Assembly: GCF_001194135.2 (NCBI RefSeq)
Contig: NC_069001.1
Span: forward strand, 35,302,939 to 35,356,587
Origin: Octopus bimaculoides
Lineage: Eukaryota
Length of the DNA: 53,649 bases
Reading direction: 5' to 3'
The position numbers were made by a program, and so were the translations under genes. A model generated the notes under the pieces. That model was not told the origin of the DNA, did no database searches, and was given only the letters and a program-made list of their open reading frames with translations. Shown here in pieces: positions 48,441 to 53,649 of the stretch; within the stretch, counting starts at the first letter, position 1, and the number at the start of each line of letters is the position of its first letter.

Positions 48441-49180
48441 TGTTCACTGCTGATATATTACACTGAGTTTGGGATGGATGTAAGCCAAATGTGACCTCCT
48501 CCACTGGGGATTTGGGCAGAATGGTTATGTCTTAGTTTATGTAGAAGGTTTCAAAAATATTCCTCAGAAGCCATGGGTCAGAGGCGGGGCGTGGGGAGTG
48601 GGGAGAACCTCAATGAATGAATCCAGTTATGATCAGTTATAGAAATTGGTAGACTTCTTGCCAAACATATACACAGCTCTTGAGGTGTATACATACATAC
48701 ATATGTATATATATATATATATATATTATGTCCGTATGTATACACACACACATTATGTTATGTATATACACAGATATCTTACATCTTGAATGGATAACTG
48801 TGAAAGAGACAGAGCAAGACAGACAGATAGACAGACAGACAGACAAACAGGCAGTGTGTGTGTATGTGTGTGTGTGTGTGTGTGTGATGGGGGGGAGGTT
48901 AAGGAACACTAGCCAGTTGTATAGGTTATACAGCTGTAGGACTGTGATTGATAGCAGTGTGATGTAAATTGACATCAACTTAAACCCATAGGATCTGTCT
49001 TCTCTATGTCCCTTTGTCACACACACACACACACACACACACACTCCCCTCTCTCTTCTCTCTCTCACTCTCACTCTGTTTCCCCACCCCCAATTCTTTT
49101 ACTTTGCCAATCTACTCCAATCACACTATGATGTATATGTAATCATGTCTGTCTGTCTATCTATCTATCTATCAATCTAT

Positions 49181-49218
<38 letters not shown>

Positions 49219-49360
49219 GTCTGTCTATTTATCTATCAATCTATCTATATTTATATAAATACCAATTATTACTGCGTTAATATTAAAAAGCTATTAAGTT
49301 ATACATTATTATTAATTCATTATTATTATTCATTATTATTATTATGATTATCATCATTAT

Positions 49361-49573
49361 TCAGCAAGCTGGCAGAATTGCTAGCACACCGGGTAAAATG
49401 CTTAAGGGTATTTTGCTAGTCTTTATGTTCTGCGTTCAAATCCCACCGAGGTCGACTTTGCCTTTTGTCCTTTCAGGGTCGATTTCATAAGTACCAGTTA
49501 TGCACTGGGGTCAATTTAATCCTTTCTCCCAAATTTGAGGCCTTATACTTCCAGTAGAAAGGATTACTATTAT
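49361..49573 (+). mobile_element. SINE family M, full length, (TTA)-type tail
   Basis: GCTGGCAGAATTG...GCGTTCAAATCCC..GAGGTCGACTTTGCCTTT...AAGTACCAGTTATGCACTGGGGTC...GGCCTT...AGAAAGGATTACTATTAT. Confidence 0.85.
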
Positions 49574-49969
49574 GAGTGTTGTTGAAGATGGTGGTGATGG
49601 TGGTGATGATTGTGGTAGGGTTCTGGTGGTAGTGGTGATGATTATGTTGGTGCTGGCAGTGGTGGTGATGGCAACGGTGGTGGTGGTAGTGGCGTTGTCG
49701 TCGTCGTCGTCAAGGAAGAGAATTGGTGATGTACATATTAAGAGAAAAGAACAGGATGAAAAGCGCTGAAACACATGATTGAATAGAAATTTGTCCAATC
49801 GTGGCCGAACTGTCTCAACACATAACACTTACTCTCCATTTATGGCACATAGAATTATGCTTCTTACAGTCATATACACCCCATACATATACACATACAT
49901 ATAAATATATATATATACATGCACATACTTATACATACATACAAACACTTATATATACATATGCACACA

Positions 49970-50007
<38 letters not shown>

Positions 50008-50519
50008 TATTTATACACACATATGTATATATATATATGTATGCATATCTACGTGTATATGTTAGTATGTGTGTGGGTGCACTTGTACGTGACTGTTTGA
50101 CTGAAAGCTTTAAGTGAAGCCACACATAACTTAATCAACTCCACATTAATTGATTAACATAGCCATACACCCTCGTATGATTTACAAATTCATAGCTAAT
50201 CAGTTAATGTAGAGAAATATATATTTTCCATTAGAAAATATGTTTTACGACAACCAGACTAATCTCATGAGAAAGACAAAAAAAAATAAATATTGTTCTA
50301 TATTCACTCTTAAACTTCCTGTCTTTGTATGTTTGTTCACTAATTGCTCTTAAAAATTTATTTTTTATTTACATTTTTATTATATTTATTTGCTTAAAAT
50401 TTCAATAAACTAAACTATTCTTCAGTGAGGCATCATTGTTACCACCTAAAACTGTTGTTGCAGACCAAACAGGATTTACAGCAGTTCTGACTTGCTGAAA
50501 TGCATACATACACATATAC

Positions 50520-50592
50520 ATCTATCTATCTCTCTATCTGTCTGTCTGTTTATCAATCTATCTCTCTGTCTATCTATCTATCTATCTATCTG

Positions 50593-50663
<71 letters not shown>

Positions 50664-50700
50664 GTCTATCTATCTATCTATCTATCTATCTATCCCTCTA
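50520..50700. repeat. (ATCT)n / GATA tetranucleotide microsatellite; another at 49150-49250
   Basis: Directly visible. Confidence 0.95.
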
Positions 50701-50709
50701 ACTATCTAA

Positions 50710-50858
50710 CTTATTTCTTTATTGCCCACAAGAGGCTAAACATAGAGGGGACAAACAAAGACAGACAAAGGGATTAAATCGATTACATCGACCCCAGTGC
50801 ATAACTGGTACTTAATTTATTGACTCCGGAAGGATGAAAGGCAAAGTTGACTTCAGCG
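50710..50858 (-). mobile_element. SINE family M, 3' half (TTGTGGGCAATAAAG tail)
   Basis: Reverse complement of 28130-28270. Confidence 0.85.
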
Positions 50859-50865
50859 ACCAATA

Positions 50866-51060
50866 TGGCTGAAAAAGATTGGTGCAAGGGTGAAGGTAGA
50901 ACACCTACAGAAATCAGCATTGCTTGGAACTGCAAGAATTCTTGGCAGGGTTCTTGAAGCATGACCAGTAAACAAGGGTCACCTTAGTCTGCCAGCTGTG
51001 GACAGCTGACACCTTCCATCATACCCAGCAAAACAAGCTGTGAGTTTTCATATAATAATG
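50866..51060 (+). mobile_element. 3' end of an R4/Dong-like non-LTR retrotransposon (C-terminal 32 codons, 3' UTR, (TAA)n)
   Basis: 50866-50964 translates to WLKKIGARVKVEHLQKSALLGTARILGRVLEA*; LQKSALLGTARIL is the typical C-terminus of R4-clade ORFs; followed by (TAA)n. Confidence 0.75.
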
Positions 51061-51063
51061 ATG

Positions 51064-51097
<34 letters not shown>

Positions 51098-51104
51098 TGA
51101 TGAT

Positions 51105-51328
51105 AATAATAATCCTTTTTGCTATAAGCACAAGGCCTGAAATTTGAGGGAAGGGGCTAGTCAATTACATGGATCTCAGTGCTCAACTGGTACTTATTTT
51201 ATCGATCCTGAAGGACAAAAGGCAAAGTCAACCTTGGCAGAATTTGAACTTGGCAGAACATAGCAACAGACAAAATACCGCTAAGCATTTCATCCAGCAT
51301 GCTAACGATTCTGCCAGCTCGCCACCTT
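51105..51328 (-). mobile_element. SINE family M, full length, (TTA)n-tailed
   Basis: Complete head (GGCGAGCTGGCAGAATCGTTAGC), central domain and tail running into (AAT)n; another tail fragment at about 51800-51845. Confidence 0.85.
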
Positions 51329-51330
51329 GG

Positions 51331-51758
51331 GAATAATAATGATAATAATAATTTTATTTATTTGCCACAAGGGTGAAAGATGAGGGGGACAATACAGAGA
51401 TGGACCTGAAGTGTTGGGGTTTACATATAATAAGGAAACGATAATAGTAAAAAAAATAAAATAAAGTATACACTGGAAAAGAAGGGACAGATGCACAACA
51501 TAGAAAGGTAAAAAAAATAGAATGGCAGGGAGGATGATAGAGATGTGGCCCTCCTGATACAGGAAGGCCTCTAGGGATAATCGATGAACCCCAAGATTTC
51601 CCTGAAGCCCTAGGAGCAAGTGCCCTCTCCAATTCCTTCTCTCTGACCCACAGGTCTACACTTAGAGAAATACCATCCACTCTTGCAATTTTCTCAACTT
51701 CCACCCACCTTTCAATAAACTCACTCAAGGACAGCACTTCCCTCTCTGCTCCCAATTT
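51331..51758 (-). mobile_element. 3' end of a LINE, probably L1/Tx1-like (ORF2 C-terminus and 3' UTR)
   Basis: Minus strand encodes ..AEREVLSLSEFIERWVEVEKIAR.., resembling Tx1-type C-termini (from recall); ends CCCTTGTGGCAAATAAATAAAA then (TTA)n. Confidence 0.5.
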
Positions 51759-52777
51759 CCTTTTAATAATAATAATAATAATAATAATAATGATGATGAT
51801 AATAATAATCCTTTCTATTTTCGGTACCAGGCCTTAAATTATTAACAATACTACTACTACCACCACCACCACCACCACCACTATTACTACTACTACTAAT
51901 AATAATAATAATAATATTAATGATAATAATAATAATCATAATAATAACAAATCAGTGCACAGAAACGTCACCCCTAAAAGAAACCCTGCAATCTAGCATG
52001 ATTTGAATGTTATGCAATTTTGCAAATCTGACAAGAGTGATTTTTATCTGTTAGACAAGTATTCCTATGCTCTGCCGTTGCCGACTGCAAAGCTCATGTT
52101 CAACATGCAGCTATTAACTTCACTTCACTTTGACAATGAAGCCATGAAGTTGTTGAAATATTCATGGAGTGATGCACATAGGATCACTGTTGGTACCAAA
52201 ATAAAGTTTAAGACACAATATAAATAATATGGAAGATTTTTAATAAAAATTAAAAAATAAATCGAAACCCGGACTCAGTCATGTCTTTAATGTAATGTTT
52301 TGAAGAAAAACTACTTCAATATTCTTGCATGTATATATGGGTATGTTGATATATGTATGCATATTCACTTCCTAAATACATGCATATACATTCACACATG
52401 TATAGGAAAACAAGTCTGTTTTCATTTAGGTTTGTAATCTTCGTGACTTATTGATATTTTTGTTGTGATTTTTTTTATTCGTATCAGCCAAAGCTACATG
52501 TGAGAAACCAGCGAGATGTATTGACTTGCATACAGACAGAAAATTCACACACACACACACACACACACTCACACACACACACACACACACAAACACTCAC
52601 ACACACACACACACACAAACACATACACACAAATTTATATATGTATGATTGTATGTGAATATATACATAAATATATTTAATGTATATTTAGGCATATATA
52701 TATATACTTGTATATATATGTGTATATATATATGTATGCATATATACATATACATATGTGTGCATATATATATGTAT

Positions 52778-52811
<34 letters not shown>

Positions 52812-52830
52812 GTGCGAATATATACTCATG

Positions 52831-52874
<44 letters not shown>

Positions 52875-53649
52875 CGTGTATGTATATATGTGTGCATATA
52901 TATTTATATGTATGTGTTTTTGTGTGCATGTCTGTCTGCGTCTACCTGACAACAGACAGATCAGCTAACAGCAGACAGCAACCCCCACCACTTCCACCCA
53001 CCCCATTCCCTCACCCACGCCCCCACCACCACCAAAGAACGAGCAAATAAACAAATAAATTCATAAAAATATGCCTTTAGTACCTGACATGTCAACATTC
53101 AATTCCAATATCTTGCTTTGTTTTTTCAGGGTGTTTTTTTCCATTCCCTATCTTTCTTAAATTCTACAGCTTGGAATCATATTTTCATTCCTTCTTTCAT
53201 TTCTCCTTCCTTTCTTCCTTCTATTAACGACATGTCATATTTCGAAGACAAGTCTTTGCTTATTTCCAAACTGTCTGTTTTTGTTGTTTTTGTTAATTAT
53301 TTTATGCATTATCGCTTATTCGGGGTGGGGTGGGGTGATCAGGAGTGACGTAAAGAATTTTTTTGGTCTTTTGGTCTTTTAGGGACATTTATGTTTTGTT
53401 TTGTATTTTGTTTCTTTTTTTTTTCTTTTCTTTTTTTTGCCTTTTGTGCCTCTGCATCTTGTATTAATTCTGTCATGCTTGCATTGTCTTTCATTTCAAT
53501 TTCCTACTCACATACACACATATACATATGAATAACTCTTACATACATATATATATATATGCACACACATATATATATATACATATATATATATATAGAG
53601 AGAGAGATTGTTTGTGTGTAAATTATCTATCTACCTATATATATATATA

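Noticed and set aside
52003-52227. 74-codon ORF in complex sequence
   Set aside because: TTG start, no recognisable domain and no convincing splice sites; this length is expected by chance.
486-53050. Long ORFs in the supplied track (poly-YI, HT, VC, V/M, T, H and X runs)
   Set aside because: They are translations of di- and trinucleotide microsatellites or N gaps.
1-53649. Conserved bilaterian miRNAs, rRNA, snRNA
   Set aside because: None recognised by eye; an Rfam/MirGeneDB scan would be the decisive test.

Overview
AT-rich, microsatellite-saturated eukaryotic DNA with about 3.4 kb of N gaps (main ones 541-960, 2185-2580, 10791-11238, 13350-13633, 15344-16199, 18739-19048, 23962-24188, 32729-33022). 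The repeat families look like those of an octopus (coleoid cephalopod); this is an inference from recalled repeat sequences, not a database match. I found no supportable host protein-coding gene, so the window reads as intergenic or deep-intronic. Almost all ORFs in the track are translations of microsatellites, N runs or SINEs. Supported content: about 35 tRNA-derived SINE copies or fragments from 3-4 families, three dead mariner (D,D34D) transposase remnants, many TTAA-flanked CCCTT...AAGGG MITEs, 3' ends of R4/Dong-like, L1/Tx1-like and RTE-like LINEs, Penelope-type fragments with hammerhead-ribozyme core motifs, and several minisatellites. Most notable: hammerhead relics (19575-19610; 11921-11963 and its copy), a 176-nt foldback of the same repeat as the 11.9 kb copy (8247-8422), a SINE tail matching a LINE 3' end in the window, a retroelement pile-up on (TAA)n, a ~92-bp degenerate array, and a locally amplified MITE+spacer unit. 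I did not find a convincing new biological system. Repeat boundaries were set by eye and are approximate.
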